Shown: positions 49,840 through 61,800 of the stretch, in pieces
How positions within the stretch are numbered: position 1 is the first letter of the stretch
Layout: the number at the start of each line of letters is the position of its first letter
Made by a program: the position numbers and the translations under genes
NCBI RefSeq assembly: GCF_035294165.1
Contig: NZ_DATGLN010000170.1
Coordinates: 4,227 to 68,226 of the forward strand
Origin: Chthonomonas sp.
GTDB lineage: Bacteria; Armatimonadota; Chthonomonadetes; Chthonomonadales; Chthonomonadaceae
DNA length: 64,000 nucleotides
Reading direction: 5' to 3'
The notes under the pieces: generated by a model
What the model saw: only the letters and a program-made list of their open reading frames with translations
The model's database searches: none
Told to the model about the DNA's origin: nothing

Positions 49840-50619
49840 TCATCGGGGTGCTAGTGCAGGCCACGTGGCAAATTCGCGTAGAAAGCTGACAACCTGCTCG
49901 ACTACGGCCTGAAAAAGCGCCTCGCCCTTTTCGGGAGTGGCGAGTTCTGGGTGGCCGAAGGCACCGGTCGTACTTAGTTGATCAAAAGCACGCGGCACAT
50001 CCACTCGACTAGGTCTTGAGAAGTCTGGGCAATAGAAGGCCGATTCAAAAGGGATGTTGGCACCGGTGGCGAGGTCGCAACGCACAAGTTCGGGACGGAG
50101 GCAGAGGATCATGCTGGTCTCTTGTTCGCAGGCATGGCTAACGACAGGTTGCCGAAGCCCCGGCACGGCCGCGACAGAGTCGGCAGCGAGTGTCCACCAG
50201 GTTCCTAACGCAATCCACAGGTCGGTGAGGTGCTTATGCTGCATCTGAGTGCGATAGATGGCCATACGCCCCGGTGTAATGTTGCCCCCGTGGGCGTTGA
50301 GAAGGAAGATGCGTCGGAAGCCCGACCCGATAAGGCTATCGAGCATATCGCACAGAAGAGCGACGTATGGCTCATTGCCGATGCTAACGGTTCCCGGAAA
50401 GGCGCGATGATGATCGGAAGCTCCCACCCAGAGCACCGGTAGAAAAAGAACGGCATCGCCAAGTGCGTCTTCGGCACGGCGAGCGATTTCGGTGCAGATG
50501 AGCGTATCGGTGAGTAGGGGAAGGTGATGACCGTGTTGCTCGAAAGAGCCGAGGGGCAGCACAACAACCTTATTCGCCAGAGCACGGGCTTCCGGCCAAC
50601 TCTGTTCTCCAAGCTGCAT
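49840..50619 (-). CDS. Creatininase/MftE-family amidohydrolase
   Basis: LPLGSFEQHGHHLPLLTD, GASDHH..FPGT, NAHGGN, HACEQETS, ATPEKG. Confidence 0.9.
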   Translation of the reverse strand: MQLGEQSWPEARALANKVVVLPLGSFEQHGHHLPLLTDTLICTEIARRAEDALGDAVLFLPVLWVGASDHHRAFPGTVSIGNEPYVALLCDMLDSLIGSGFRRIFLLNAHGGNITPGRMAIYRTQMQHKHLTDLWIALGTWWTLAADSVAAVPGLRQPVVSHACEQETSMILCLRPELVRCDLATGANIPFESAFYCPDFSRPSRVDVPRAFDQLSTTGAFGHPELATPEKGEALFQAVVEQVVSFLREFATWPALAPR

Positions 50620-50633
50620 TGAGAGACACGCTC

Positions 50634-52352
50634 CTAATTCGTATGCTTTTCTTCCCTAAATTGTACCGATTTCCAGGCGGCGAACAGGGGCTTCAGCTTG
50701 TTTCTTTGATATTTGCCGGTAGAGGTAACCGGGAAAGTATCGCCGAAGACCACCACTTTGGGGCATTTTTCAAAGGGCAGGCGCTTTCTACAGGCGGCTA
50801 GAATGGCCTCTTCGGTAAGATCGCTGCCCTCTTCACGCTGCACATAGGCCCCAATCTCCTCTCCATAATAGTCGTTCTCGAAGCCTACTGCCATGGCAGC
50901 ACGCACCCCCGGAATCGCGTTAAGAACCTCATCTATGTCGAAGGGAGAGTAGTTCACCCCGCCGCGAATGATCAACTCTTTGATGCGGCCGGTGATAAAG
51001 AAGTAAGGATTACCATCTTGGCCGACAAGATAAAACCCCTCATCGCCTGAGCGGAACCACCCATGTGCAAAGGTATCGCGGTTGGCCTCCGGGCGGGCAT
51101 AGTAGCAGCGCATGACGTTGTGCCCACGAATGACGATCTCTCCCCGCTCGCCGGGTGGAAGAGGGTTGCCGTTGGGGTCGTGAATGGCCATCTCATTCAC
51201 CGGCAGCGGGCAGCCGATAGAGGGGAATCCGCATTCGGTAAGCCAGTAACGGCGTGTGGGTTCATCAAGAGAGATGGGTAAAAAGCAGGAGTAGCAGGTC
51301 GTTTCGGAAAGGCCGTAGCCATGAATGAGCGGGATGCGAAACTGGGTTTCGAAGCGACGCGCCAGCTCGGTGGTGAGAGGGCCGGCCCCACAAAGGATAT
51401 GGCGGAAGCGCGACAGGTTGTATTGGCTTATATCGTCGTTACGCTCACAGAGAAAGGCCAGCACGGTGGGCACCACGCTGCTCCAGGTACACCCCTCCGT
51501 TTCGACCGTTTTCCAGAAGGATTGCGCGTAAAACCGCCGGTTCAACACGACGCTGCCACCTGAGTAGAGCGGAGTTAGCAGGGTCACTACGGTTCCGTTC
51601 ACGTGATGGATAGGAAGGACATTGATGGCTCGATCGTTAGGGCCGAAACGGTTCCATTCGGCGATGCTGCAAGCATCTGCCAGCAGATTGGCGTGATCGA
51701 GAATAACCCCCTTGGGGGGGCCGGTGGTGCCCGATGTGTAGACGATCAGCGCCTCCGTATCGGGACATTGGCTCGGTAGAGAGGAGGGGATTGCATAGTT
51801 GTTGAGAAGTTGTTCAAAGTACGGTATGCCATTACGGCCGTTGCTGCTGCCGGTTGCGATGAGGACATGAGAGGCGGCATTTGCAGGCAGCATCTGTTGT
51901 GCCCGAGAAAGCTGATCGTCAAAGGCGAAGACCGCTTTCACTTTTGCATTGGAGAGGATGTAGGCAAGCTGTTCGTCCTCTGAACCTATGTTGAGCGGAA
52001 CGACTGTAGCTCCGAGAAGCCAAGCGCCGAAATAGAGGAACACGGTACGGGGGTCGTTGGCCATGAGGGTTGCAACGCGATGTCCCTCGGTAACACCTAG
52101 GCTCTGTAAAAGGGAAGCAACCTGAGAGGCGCGTTGTAGAAATTCGGCATAGGTGTAGGAGACTACCGGCCCGCTCTCATCGTAAAAGGTCAAGTAGCGC
52201 TCGGCTGCACGCTCTTGCGCCCGCGTCTGAAGAAGCTGACCGACGCTATCAAACGGCGTGAAGCGCTGCTCCCATGGCCGATTTGAGAGGCAGCGCGCAT
52301 GATAGATAAGGGGGCGTGTTTCGGGAAAGACGCTTTCTTCCTCTAGCTGCAT
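50634..52352 (-). CDS. Acyl-CoA synthetase / AMP-binding (ANL) enzyme
   Basis: YTSGTTGPPKG, HGYGLSET, GWFRSGD, GRIKELIIRGG, TSTGK; GAGGAG RBS before ATG 52352. Confidence 0.9.
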   Translation of the reverse strand: MQLEEESVFPETRPLIYHARCLSNRPWEQRFTPFDSVGQLLQTRAQERAAERYLTFYDESGPVVSYTYAEFLQRASQVASLLQSLGVTEGHRVATLMANDPRTVFLYFGAWLLGATVVPLNIGSEDEQLAYILSNAKVKAVFAFDDQLSRAQQMLPANAASHVLIATGSSNGRNGIPYFEQLLNNYAIPSSLPSQCPDTEALIVYTSGTTGPPKGVILDHANLLADACSIAEWNRFGPNDRAINVLPIHHVNGTVVTLLTPLYSGGSVVLNRRFYAQSFWKTVETEGCTWSSVVPTVLAFLCERNDDISQYNLSRFRHILCGAGPLTTELARRFETQFRIPLIHGYGLSETTCYSCFLPISLDEPTRRYWLTECGFPSIGCPLPVNEMAIHDPNGNPLPPGERGEIVIRGHNVMRCYYARPEANRDTFAHGWFRSGDEGFYLVGQDGNPYFFITGRIKELIIRGGVNYSPFDIDEVLNAIPGVRAAMAVGFENDYYGEEIGAYVQREEGSDLTEEAILAACRKRLPFEKCPKVVVFGDTFPVTSTGKYQRNKLKPLFAAWKSVQFREEKHTN

Positions 52353-52594
52353 AACCCATTCTCCTCGCTTTCGTTTGCCTCGTTGCACGCGAAAGCTTGT
52401 TACAAATATCTTCATCTTTAGAAACGCGATTCCCTGCTGGATTTGTTAGCTTAAATAATAGCGAGGGGAGTGTATGTGATTTCTAGCCGTTGTTCCTCGA
52501 AAATGGGCGTTTCTCATAAAGCAAGAGTAGCAGTTCTCCATCAGAGGAGGTTTTGTAGGCGGGAGCATGGTCGCTGTGCTTTGCTGGTTGGCTC

Positions 52595-53150
52595 TGGAGC
52601 CGTGAGACTGTCAGCCTCACCCCTACAAGCCCCCACCCCCCCGCCCCTCAAGGCCGACCCCCTCCCCCTCCCCCTATCAGGGAGAGGGGCACCTCGCGGT
52701 GGGCAACTCAGCGGCCAGTTTTATTCCCTTAATCGCCTATCTCGCTGGCCGCTGCATCGCCGTGCGCTAGCACCTCCCGAATCGGGGGAAAGGACGGGAT
52801 AGGGGGCGAACAAGACAAGCACGCTTTGCAAAACTGTTTCTAGAGCCGTGAAGGACGGAAACTTAAGATTTCTCGCCTACGGCTCGAAATGACAAGCGTC
52901 TATCTCACGAGAAATGACAGGTGCCTGCGGCTCTGCAAGACCGACACCCTCCCCTACAGGGAGAGGGGCACCTCGCGGTGGGCGTCCTAGCGGACGGCGC
53001 CTTTGCTGCCTGTTTTATTCCCTTCATCGGCTATCTCTCTGGCCGATGCTTCGCCGTCTGCAAGACGGAAAGGCCGGGATAGGGGGCGAACAAGACAAGC
53101 ACGCTTTGCAGTACTGGCTCTAGAGCCGCGAGATTGGCAGCCCCCATCCC
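52595..53150 (-). repeat. Modular palindromic repeat cluster 4
   Basis: Same modules in reverse orientation (AGATTTCTCGCC..CGGCTCGAAATGACA at 52859-52894; GGGATAGGGGGCGAACAAGACAAGCACGCTTTGCA occurs twice). Confidence 0.85.
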
Positions 53151-53185
53151 ACGCCTAATTTTTAGAAAGCGGAGTTAACCCGAAT

Positions 53186-53395
53186 CTACTTGCTTTCTAG
53201 TGGCACGCAAGGCCGCACGCCGAGGCGCCGCAAGAGCCAAACCATAGGGCACCAGTTTGTAAAGGCCGATTGGAACAGATTAAGCCCCACAAAAGCCGTG
53301 AAGGCGTAAAACCAGGGACTTACCCAATAGCCCAAAGCGACGCTCAGCATTACAAAGGCACCTGCGATAAGGCGAAGCCAGCGTTCAACGGTCAT
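53186..53395 (-). CDS. DUF2892 (YgaP-like) small membrane protein
   Basis: VERWLRLIAG...FVGLNLFQSAFTNWCP. Confidence 0.85.
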   Translation of the reverse strand: MTVERWLRLIAGAFVMLSVALGYWVSPWFYAFTAFVGLNLFQSAFTNWCPMVWLLRRLGVRPCVPLESK

Positions 53396-53416
53396 AGTAA
53401 CGTTCCTCCTGCTACA

Positions 53417-56400
53417 TTAGAATGAATGGACTTCTGCAGTTGAGGCGGTGTCTACGGCCCCACCTGCGGATTCGAGATCGGGCCGACCGAAGGGAGCAAA
53501 TCGGTCTAAATCCCGACTGCGGCGGCGCACCAGATAATAGAGCACGGGCACCGCCAAGCGCGAGAGAAGTGTTGAGGCGATCTCACCAGCCATGAGAGAG
53601 ATGGCCAGCCCCTGAAAGATCGGATCGAAGAGAATAACAAACGAGCCGACAATTACCGCCGCCGCGGTGAGAAGCATGGGTCGAAAACGTGTGGCGCCGG
53701 CCTCGATGACGGCCTCTTCTAGGGGAAAGCCCTGACGTAGGCGCAGCTCGATGAAGTCCACCAGGATAATCGAGTTGCGCACGATGATACCGGCACCCGC
53801 GATGAAGCCGATCATGGAGGTGGCCGTGAAGAACGCACCGAGCAGCGCATGGGCAGGCAAGATGCCTACAAGCGTAAGGGGGATCGGTGCCATGATGACA
53901 AACGGCGTGATGAAAGACCGAAACCACCCCACGATCAGAATGTAGATGAGAATCAGAACGACGGCAAATGCAAGTCCCAGATCGCGAAAGACCTCATAGG
54001 TTATCTGCCACTCACCGTCCCACTTCATGGAGAGACGATTGGTGTTGTTCGGTTGTCGAATGCTGAGTATGTTGAGATGCGTACCATCTGGCATTCGCAA
54101 TTGCGACAACTTTTTATTCATCGCCAAAATGGCATAGACCGGGCTTTCCAGCCGTCCGGTAACATCGCCTGTTACATAGACCACCGGCAGCAGGTTTTTG
54201 TGGTAGATCGACTCGTCTGCAGGTACCTCTATCGTTCGCACCAACTCGCTCAGCGGCACGCTGCGCCCATCCTGGGTGGGGACGTAGAGATTTTGTAGGC
54301 GGTTCAGGCCGCTGCGATCTCCACGAGGTAGTTGTAGCCAAATGGGCACGTCCTCTCGGGCTTCCGGATCGTGGGCCAATCCTATCGCCGCTCCGTGCAG
54401 GGCCATGGTTAGTTCATTGACGGCCGTCTGCACATCCACATGTGCTAACGCGGCCTTCTGTCGGTCTACCACTATCTGATAGGTTGGTTGCGCGTCGTCG
54501 TGGTACCAGTCCACGTCGGTAACATCCGGTGTCTGTTCAAAGACCCGTTTCACCTCGCGCGCCACGGCCGTCCGCTCGGCATCGGTGGGGCCGTAGACCT
54601 CTGCGACCAAGGTTTCGAGTACCGGCGGGCCGGGCGGAACTTCGGCAACCTTCAGCCGCACTCCCCATGCTTTTGCAATGCGGGCTAATGCGGGGCGAAT
54701 GCGCTTTACAATATCGTGGCTTTGCAGTTTTCGATGTTGTTTATCCACGAGGTTCACCTGGATGTCGGCCTGATAGGCTGCGTTTCTCAGATAGTAATGC
54801 CGAACAAGGCCGTTGAAGTTGTAGGGGCTGGCGGTGCCCACATACAGTTCGTAGTTGGCCACCTCCGGCACGGTGGCGATATAGTCGGCTAATGCCTTTG
54901 TGGCCGCCGCTGTCTGCTCCAAAGTGGTGCCGTTCGGCATATCCACGATTAATTGAAATTCGTTCTTGTTGTCGAAAGGCAGCATCTTTACCACCACCAA
55001 CTTCAACGCGATAAGCGACATCGCGCCGAGCAACAGGAGGACCACGCCCCCAAAGAAGAGTCGACGCGCTTTTGGCGAATGGATCAGCGGCTTCATCACC
55101 CGCCGATAAAGCCGAGTGGTCCAATCGTCCGGCGACTTTTTCGGGTGGTCGCTTGGTGGGGTGGTGGGTTGGGCATGCTGATGGTGCCTGCCGAGAATGA
55201 TATTGGTAGCCCATGGCGTAACGATAAAGGCCACGGCAAGGGAGAATAACATGGCGGCAGAGGCCCCTACCGGAATGGGCCGCATGTAGGGGCCCATCAG
55301 CCCGCGAACAAAAGCCATCGGCAAAATAGCAGCGATAACGGCGAACGTAGCGAGAATGGTGGGGTTACCAACCTCGTCTACCGCTCGAATCGCCACATCT
55401 CGTAAGGAGAAGGGCTTTCCCTGCTCCATACGAAAGTGCCGAACCATGTTTTCGACAACCACAATGGCATCATCTACAAGAATACCGATCGAAAAGATCA
55501 GGGCAAACAGGGTGATGCGGTTTAGGGTATAGCCGTAGAGATAGAAAATAAACAGGGTGAGGGCGAGCGTTACCGGGATGGCAACACCAACGATCAGCGA
55601 CTCGCGCCACCCCAAAGCCAACGCTATCAACAGCATAACCGAAATCACGGCGATCAGCATGTGAAAAAGCAGTTCCATCGCCTTCTCGTTGGCCGTAGCG
55701 CCGTAGTCACGCGTAACCGTGATGTGCACGTCGGATGGCAGGATGACCCCTTTCAGGGTGTCTACTTTATTCATGACCCGCCGTACCACGTCTACCGCGT
55801 TGGTGCCCGGTAGCTTCGATATGGCCAGTGTAACGGCCTCTTGAAGCGATGTGGTTTTCTTGCCTGTCGCCGGCCCATAGCCGAAAAAGACATAGTTTTG
55901 CGGCTCCGAAGGCCCTTCGACCACTTGAGCCACATCGCGCACAAAGATGGGGCGCTCGCCGACACTACGCACTACCACGTTCTGCACATCTTCGGCATTG
56001 CGGAGGAAGTCGCCCGTTCGCAGCAATATTTGGGTGTTATTTTTATCAAAAGACCCTGATTGCTGTTGGGCATTGGCCCCCTCAAGCGCATTGGCCACAT
56101 CCAGAGGAGTCAGGCCGTAGGCCGCTAATCGCGCGGGCTTCAGAATAACCCGTACCTGACGCGGCTCTCCACCGATGATATCTACATTGGAGACATCGGG
56201 CACCTGCTTTATGGCATCCCGAAGCCGTTCGGCAAGCTGGCGAAGCGTGTAGTAGTTATAGTTTGCCCCATGAAGCGTTAGCGCTAAAATGGGCACGTCG
56301 TCAATAGAGCGCATCTTCAAAATGGGCTTTGACGCGCCGGGAGGTAGGCTATCGTAGTGCGGCTGCAATTTTTCCTCCAAGCGCACAAGGCTCTGCTCGG

Positions 56401-56806
56401 GGTCTTCTCCCACGTAGAAACGCACAATGATCAAGGACTGCCCTGGGCTTGAGGTGGAGTAGATATATTCGACGCCCGGCACATCGTGAATCACCCGTTC
56501 CAGGGGGTTTGTTATGCGTTGCTCTACCTCTTTCGCCGTGGCTCCGGGCATCTGAACCATGACATCTATCATCGGAACATGAATTTGCGGTTCTTCCTCT
56601 CTGGGTGTACGAACCACGGCGATGAAGCCTAAAAGCAACGACGCCAGAATAATGAGTGGAGTTAGTTTGGACGAGACGAAAGCCGCAGCTAACCTGCCGG
56701 CTAGCCCGAGGCGCGAATGCGCCGATCCGTCTGAATGATGCGGCGTATGTCCCCCTTTTGGCTCGCCCGTGGCCTCATGCGTATGTTCGGTATGGTGATC
56801 GGCCAT
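53417..56806 (-). CDS. RND efflux permease (AcrB/CusA family)
   Basis: [46 protein letters not shown]. Confidence 0.93.
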   Translation of the reverse strand: MADHHTEHTHEATGEPKGGHTPHHSDGSAHSRLGLAGRLAAAFVSSKLTPLIILASLLLGFIAVVRTPREEEPQIHVPMIDVMVQMPGATAKEVEQRITNPLERVIHDVPGVEYIYSTSSPGQSLIIVRFYVGEDPEQSLVRLEEKLQPHYDSLPPGASKPILKMRSIDDVPILALTLHGANYNYYTLRQLAERLRDAIKQVPDVSNVDIIGGEPRQVRVILKPARLAAYGLTPLDVANALEGANAQQQSGSFDKNNTQILLRTGDFLRNAEDVQNVVVRSVGERPIFVRDVAQVVEGPSEPQNYVFFGYGPATGKKTTSLQEAVTLAISKLPGTNAVDVVRRVMNKVDTLKGVILPSDVHITVTRDYGATANEKAMELLFHMLIAVISVMLLIALALGWRESLIVGVAIPVTLALTLFIFYLYGYTLNRITLFALIFSIGILVDDAIVVVENMVRHFRMEQGKPFSLRDVAIRAVDEVGNPTILATFAVIAAILPMAFVRGLMGPYMRPIPVGASAAMLFSLAVAFIVTPWATNIILGRHHQHAQPTTPPSDHPKKSPDDWTTRLYRRVMKPLIHSPKARRLFFGGVVLLLLGAMSLIALKLVVVKMLPFDNKNEFQLIVDMPNGTTLEQTAAATKALADYIATVPEVANYELYVGTASPYNFNGLVRHYYLRNAAYQADIQVNLVDKQHRKLQSHDIVKRIRPALARIAKAWGVRLKVAEVPPGPPVLETLVAEVYGPTDAERTAVAREVKRVFEQTPDVTDVDWYHDDAQPTYQIVVDRQKAALAHVDVQTAVNELTMALHGAAIGLAHDPEAREDVPIWLQLPRGDRSGLNRLQNLYVPTQDGRSVPLSELVRTIEVPADESIYHKNLLPVVYVTGDVTGRLESPVYAILAMNKKLSQLRMPDGTHLNILSIRQPNNTNRLSMKWDGEWQITYEVFRDLGLAFAVVLILIYILIVGWFRSFITPFVIMAPIPLTLVGILPAHALLGAFFTATSMIGFIAGAGIIVRNSIILVDFIELRLRQGFPLEEAVIEAGATRFRPMLLTAAAVIVGSFVILFDPIFQGLAISLMAGEIASTLLSRLAVPVLYYLVRRRSRDLDRFAPFGRPDLESAGGAVDTASTAEVHSF

Positions 56807-56811
56807 TTGGT

Positions 56812-58392
56812 TTACCTCCCATCCTCTGTCGGTCTTATCTGCAAACCGTCCTGTAGCTTTGGAGATGAGGCATCGGCAACGATGCGCTCTCCCGGATTAA
56901 GCCCCGAAAGCACCTCAAGGCTCTTTCCGTACGACTGCCCTAGCGTTACCAGTCGGAGATGAAGCACGTTCTGAGGATCAACAACATAGACGTAGTGAAG
57001 TCCTTCTCGCTCCATAACGGCGCCGGCCGGTACAAGCATACGCCGTTCCGTGCCGACAGGGAGTTTCACGCGACCGAACATTCCCGAAAGAACACCCCTA
57101 TCTGCAGGCAGCAGCACCTTCACGGTAAAGGTATGGCTGTTCGGGTCACCCTGCGGCGCGATCTCGGTCACAATGCCCACAAGGTGCCTGTTTCCTAAGG
57201 CATCTATCTGCACCTCTAAGGGCTTTCCTATGGTGACTGCGGGCAAGGCGCTTTCCGGCACGGTCAACTCTAAGCGATCCTGTGTGCCCTCCTCACGAAG
57301 AACGGGAACGCCGGGCATAGCCATCGCGCCAACATCCGCTAGCTTTTGGGTGATCACGCCATCGAAAGGCGCGCGTAGAACCGCATAGCTGCGCGTGATG
57401 CGGGCCAGCTGGAGCGCTACACGGCTCTGTTGTAAAGCGGCAAAAGTGTTTTGCGTCTGTTCGTGCCTCACCTGCGCTTTTGCAGCGGCTGCTTCGGCTT
57501 CACGAAGGCCGGCTTCCGCCCGACGTACAGCAGCCTGTGCCTGGCGTACCGCCTCCGCCGCCGCTTGCTTTTCTTCGGAACGGCTTCCCTCGTTCACGAG
57601 GCTTTGTTGCTGCAGAGCGCTCTCATACTGTGCCTTAGCGACCTCGTAGCGGCTTTGATAAGAATCGTACTGCTGAGCCGAGATGGCCCCTTCGTTATAA
57701 AGCTCTGCCATGCGATGGAGGTCACGTTCGGCAAGAACGAGTTTGGCTTTCGCTTGCGTCACTGCGAGAGCAGCTTGGGCACGCTCCTGCTTGCGTGGGC
57801 CGGTATCCACCAGTTGTTGCTTTGCTTTAGCCGCTGCTAGGGCGGCTTGGGCTTCGCGCAACTGGGCCTGTGCCGCCGCAATTTGGGCGTTGTCTACCTT
57901 GCCTTCCATCTGTTCGGCCATCTGCGCCCCCCGATAGGCCGCCTCCGCAGCGAGAACGCCCGCTTCCGCCTGAGCGATACTCGCATCGAGATCACGGGTA
58001 TCTAAAACAGCCAGTACCTCTCCTGCCGTCACACGGCTCCCTTCATGTACAAATAAGGAGAGAATGCGGGCTGTTATCTTGGGCGCAATATCTGTTTGAA
58101 CGATGGGGCTTACGTTACCGGTTACCTCTATGGTTTGTGGCAAAGTGGTTAGGGCGACCGTCTCTATAGGAGCGGTAACTGCCGTGGTGTTGCTTGTGGG
58201 ATGGCTTTGTGAGTCGGCAGCCTCAGCGGAGGAGGCATGCCTGCGCCAGAAGACCATGCCCACCAACCCGATGAGCAGAAGCAGGCCAACCAAAACGATT
58301 TTGTGTCGTTTGCCTAACGTTCCGCTTCGCCGCCATGCTGTCATTGTTTGTAGACTTCGGTGTCTAATAAATTGATATATATCTATATTCAT
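56812..58392 (-). CDS. RND periplasmic adaptor (membrane fusion protein) with a long helical hairpin
   Basis: TM anchor, V.EG..V.AG..L, coiled coil, [24 protein letters not shown]; GGAGG RBS before ATG 58392. Confidence 0.88.
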   Translation of the reverse strand: MNIDIYQFIRHRSLQTMTAWRRSGTLGKRHKIVLVGLLLLIGLVGMVFWRRHASSAEAADSQSHPTSNTTAVTAPIETVALTTLPQTIEVTGNVSPIVQTDIAPKITARILSLFVHEGSRVTAGEVLAVLDTRDLDASIAQAEAGVLAAEAAYRGAQMAEQMEGKVDNAQIAAAQAQLREAQAALAAAKAKQQLVDTGPRKQERAQAALAVTQAKAKLVLAERDLHRMAELYNEGAISAQQYDSYQSRYEVAKAQYESALQQQSLVNEGSRSEEKQAAAEAVRQAQAAVRRAEAGLREAEAAAAKAQVRHEQTQNTFAALQQSRVALQLARITRSYAVLRAPFDGVITQKLADVGAMAMPGVPVLREEGTQDRLELTVPESALPAVTIGKPLEVQIDALGNRHLVGIVTEIAPQGDPNSHTFTVKVLLPADRGVLSGMFGRVKLPVGTERRMLVPAGAVMEREGLHYVYVVDPQNVLHLRLVTLGQSYGKSLEVLSGLNPGERIVADASSPKLQDGLQIRPTEDGR

Positions 58393-58485
58393 ATAAACTT
58401 CCTCCGAAAACGACTCTTTCGTATCTCTGCAAGGCAAGGGATGGATGGACGCCTACAAGCCGCCCGGTCCAGGCATATGCTACAG

Positions 58486-58800
58486 CTACTTTTTATGATG
58501 GCGGATGCAATCGAGCAAGAGCAGCACGCTTGGATCGGCGATCCGATAGTAGACGTTCGTGCCCTCACGGCGTGCGCTGAGGATGCCTTGGTCTTTAAGG
58601 ATTCGCAGTTGTTGGCTTACCACGGCCTGTTCTGCCTCTGCGGCCTCCACGATTTGGCTTACGTTGCGCTCTCTACCGGCGTGTTGAAGATAGTCGAGAA
58701 TGCGAAGACGCAACGGATGGGCCGCATTTCGGATGATAGGCGCCACACGTTGAAGCGTCTCCAGATCGATGAGTTGGTTTTTCGTTTCTGTCGTTGTCAT
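58486..58800 (-). CDS. ArsR/SmtB family transcriptional repressor
   Basis: AHPLRLRIL, VSQQLRILK..G.L..RREG..VYY. Confidence 0.9.
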   Translation of the reverse strand: MTTTETKNQLIDLETLQRVAPIIRNAAHPLRLRILDYLQHAGRERNVSQIVEAAEAEQAVVSQQLRILKDQGILSARREGTNVYYRIADPSVLLLLDCIRHHKK

Positions 58801-58811
58801 GCCGCTTTCCT

Positions 58812-58836
58812 TATATAGATGCTAGCTATATAGCTA
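58812..58836. promoter_or_regulatory. Putative ArsR operator
   Basis: TATATAG-N7-CTATATA overlapping the perfect palindrome TAGCTATATAGCTA, directly upstream of the ArsR gene. Confidence 0.55.
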
Positions 58837-58880
58837 TACGCCTATGTTTAGAGGATGGTTCCCCATCGGTGCCAACTCTT

Positions 58881-61800
58881 CTATGGACGCGGCTCTGCCA
58901 AGGCGGCGGTGATCGTCTGTTCCATGCTCCAAGCATGTCCTTCGTTATAAGCGGCCTCGAATCGATCTTCTCCTATAAGTGCACGCGCTTGTGCAAGCCA
59001 GCCTTCGCCTTGCTCGGTTAGCTCGTAGGGCGATACTTTTACCTGCGTGTCCTCCAGAATGCGATGCGCCCCGCCGATCAGGCGCGCTGCACAAAGTGCG
59101 AAAGTAACCCTTTGTGCCTTTGAGTAACCCTCATGTTGTGCCTGCCAGGCCCTATAGACCCCATAGGCCCGAAGGGTATAGGCGATCTCGTCTACATCTT
59201 CATGTTCTCTGGCCACCGCGAGGGCCTCATCTAAGCAGTCTCGGGCTGTTTTCTCTTGATGGTGCAATAGGGCAAGTAACGATAACTTTCTTAGCGGTGC
59301 GGAGATAGCTAAGGGGAGATGGTATTGGCGCCCCCATTCCACGAGTTGTTGGAACCGTTGATAGGCCTGTTCATAGTTCCGTTCTCGAAGGGCTAGGGTG
59401 GCAAGACCGAAGTTTGCAGCCTGGATATGATGGAGAGCAGGTATGTTGTCAGGAGTAGGATAGAGTTGAAGAACCTCCTCGAAGTAGTGCCTGGCCTTTT
59501 CGTACTCGCCCTGATAGTAGGCCAGGCGTCCGAGCTGGGCAAGCGTACCCGCTTCTTTCCATCGTTCGCCCGTGTTACGACAGATGGCGAGCGCTTCCTC
59601 CTCCAAAGCGAGCGCCTTAGCATATTCGCCCTGCTCCTGGTAAACATGGGCGAGGGCGTTTAAATAGAGTGGCAGATTGCCCACATTACCATGTGTTCGT
59701 GCGATTGCAAGAGCCTCTTCAAAGAGCGAACGGGCACGCTCAAACTGACTCTGTTGCTGTAGTAAAACCTGACCAAGGCAGAATAGATCATAGGAAAGAC
59801 TGATTTCATCGCCCACTTCACGGTGTAGAGCGATGGCCTGTTCGATGTACTCTTGCGCCCTTTCAAAGTCGCCAAGATTATAGGGGATTGTGAAAAGCTC
59901 GGCTAGCATAATGGCCTCTTTGATCCGATCTCCTACGGAACGGAAATAGGAATATGCCGATTTGAAATGGGCTTCGGCGGCAGAGTAGTCTTTCCTTAAA
60001 AAGGCGAAATAACCCTTAAAGCGATGGGCAAAACCCAGTAGCTCCTCGTGATGAAGGTGTTCGGCCAGTTTCCATAGCCTTTCCGCATAGGCTTGACTCT
60101 GTTCGAGGTCTCCGAGCCGATAGCGCAAATGCGTGACCAACACCAGCCCTTTCCCGTACAGATAGTCTTCAGCAGAATAGTTCGCTAACGCGGCCTCACA
60201 CCAGGTAAGTCCCTCGCGAAGAGAGCCATTCAGAAGCCAGAAATCGCTAAGGGCAACGCATAGACGTAGACAGGCTTCCCAATCGTGCTGCCGTCTATAC
60301 CAAGCATAGGTCTCCTCTATGTTCGCCCATTCTTCTGTTAGCCGCTCGGCCCAGTAGACTCCTTCCTTGCCTAAAAGTTCGGTGCGGGCGACATCGGCAA
60401 GGTTCGTGTAGTAGTGCGCGTGCGCCCGGCGAACTCGGCCTTCAAACTCTGGCCCCCGTTCCCGAAGTTTTTCCACCGCATACTCGCGAACCGTTTCCAA
60501 CAGGTTGTAGCGCACTTCCCCCTTACGCTGCCGCATCATGCATAGCGACTTCTCGACTAAACCTTCTAATAGCTCAAGCACCTCCCAAGCCTCTAGGCCG
60601 TAGGCTTCCTCTCCTACATGCTCGATGGCCTCTAAGCTCCATCCTCCGCGAAATGCACCTAAACTGCAAAACAGCTCCTGTTCGCGAGGAGTTAGCAGTT
60701 CATAGCTCCAGTCTAAAGTGGCCCTCAAGGTTCTGTGGCGGCTCAGCTCGCTACGCATGCCCCCTCGCAAAATTCGTAGACGCTCATCCAGGCGATAGGC
60801 AAGCTCCGGTAAAGAGATCACACGTAAACGGCTGGCCGCCAACTCCAACGCCAGCGGAATGCCGTCGAGCTTGTGGCAGACTTCCACCAAAGCCTCTAGG
60901 TTTTCATTATCTACCCGGAACTCGGGTAGCACGTTTTGTGCTCGCTCCACGAAAAGCGCCAAAGCCTCATAGTGGGCGACTTCCGCCACACTTAAGCTCT
61001 CGTTCGACGATGGCAGGCTCAACGGCAACACAGGGTAGACACGCTCGCCCATAACGTGCAAGCGCTCACGACTGCTTGTCAGTATCTTTATTTCCCCACA
61101 TTCGCGGAGGATGCGGCTCACCAATCTCCCTACAGCCTCCAGGAGATGCTCGCAGTTATCTAAAACCAAGAGCAGTGCCTTGTTACGCAGATAGCGCAGA
61201 AGAACTTCCTCCATTGGCTCCGTCGGTGTTTCGCGCAGCCCAAGCACACTGCCTATTTGAGACGCCACTCCGTTCCCTTCTTGTACCGAGGCCAGCTCTA
61301 CCCACCAGACCCCGTCGGGAAAGTGCTCTAGCATCTCTGCTGCCACCTGAAGGCTTAATCGGCTTTTCCCACAGCCGCCCACTCCTACCAGGCTCACAAG
61401 GCGTCCACTTTCAAGCAGGTTACGAATCTCTTCGACCTCGCGCTCGCGTCCGATGAAACTGCTCAGTTGAAACGGCAGATTGTTGGGGTAAAAGCCTCCG
61501 GCAAGAGAGCGTAAAGGGGGAAAGTCGCGTTCCAACTCCGGATGGATCAGCTGGTAGATATGCTCCGGTGCTTTCAGGTCGCGTAGCCGATGCCAGCCGA
61601 GATCGAGCAGATCGGCATTGGGCGGCAGGTGAACTTCCACAAGAATCTTGGTTGCCTCCGAAAGAATAAGCTGCCCGCCATGTGCCACTTCCACCAGTCG
61701 GCTCGTTTTGTTAAGAGGCGGTCCCAAATAGTCCTCCGCTTGTTGCATGGCGGTGCCACTATGTAGCGCGACGCGCACCCGTAGGGGGCCGGTTTCAGGA

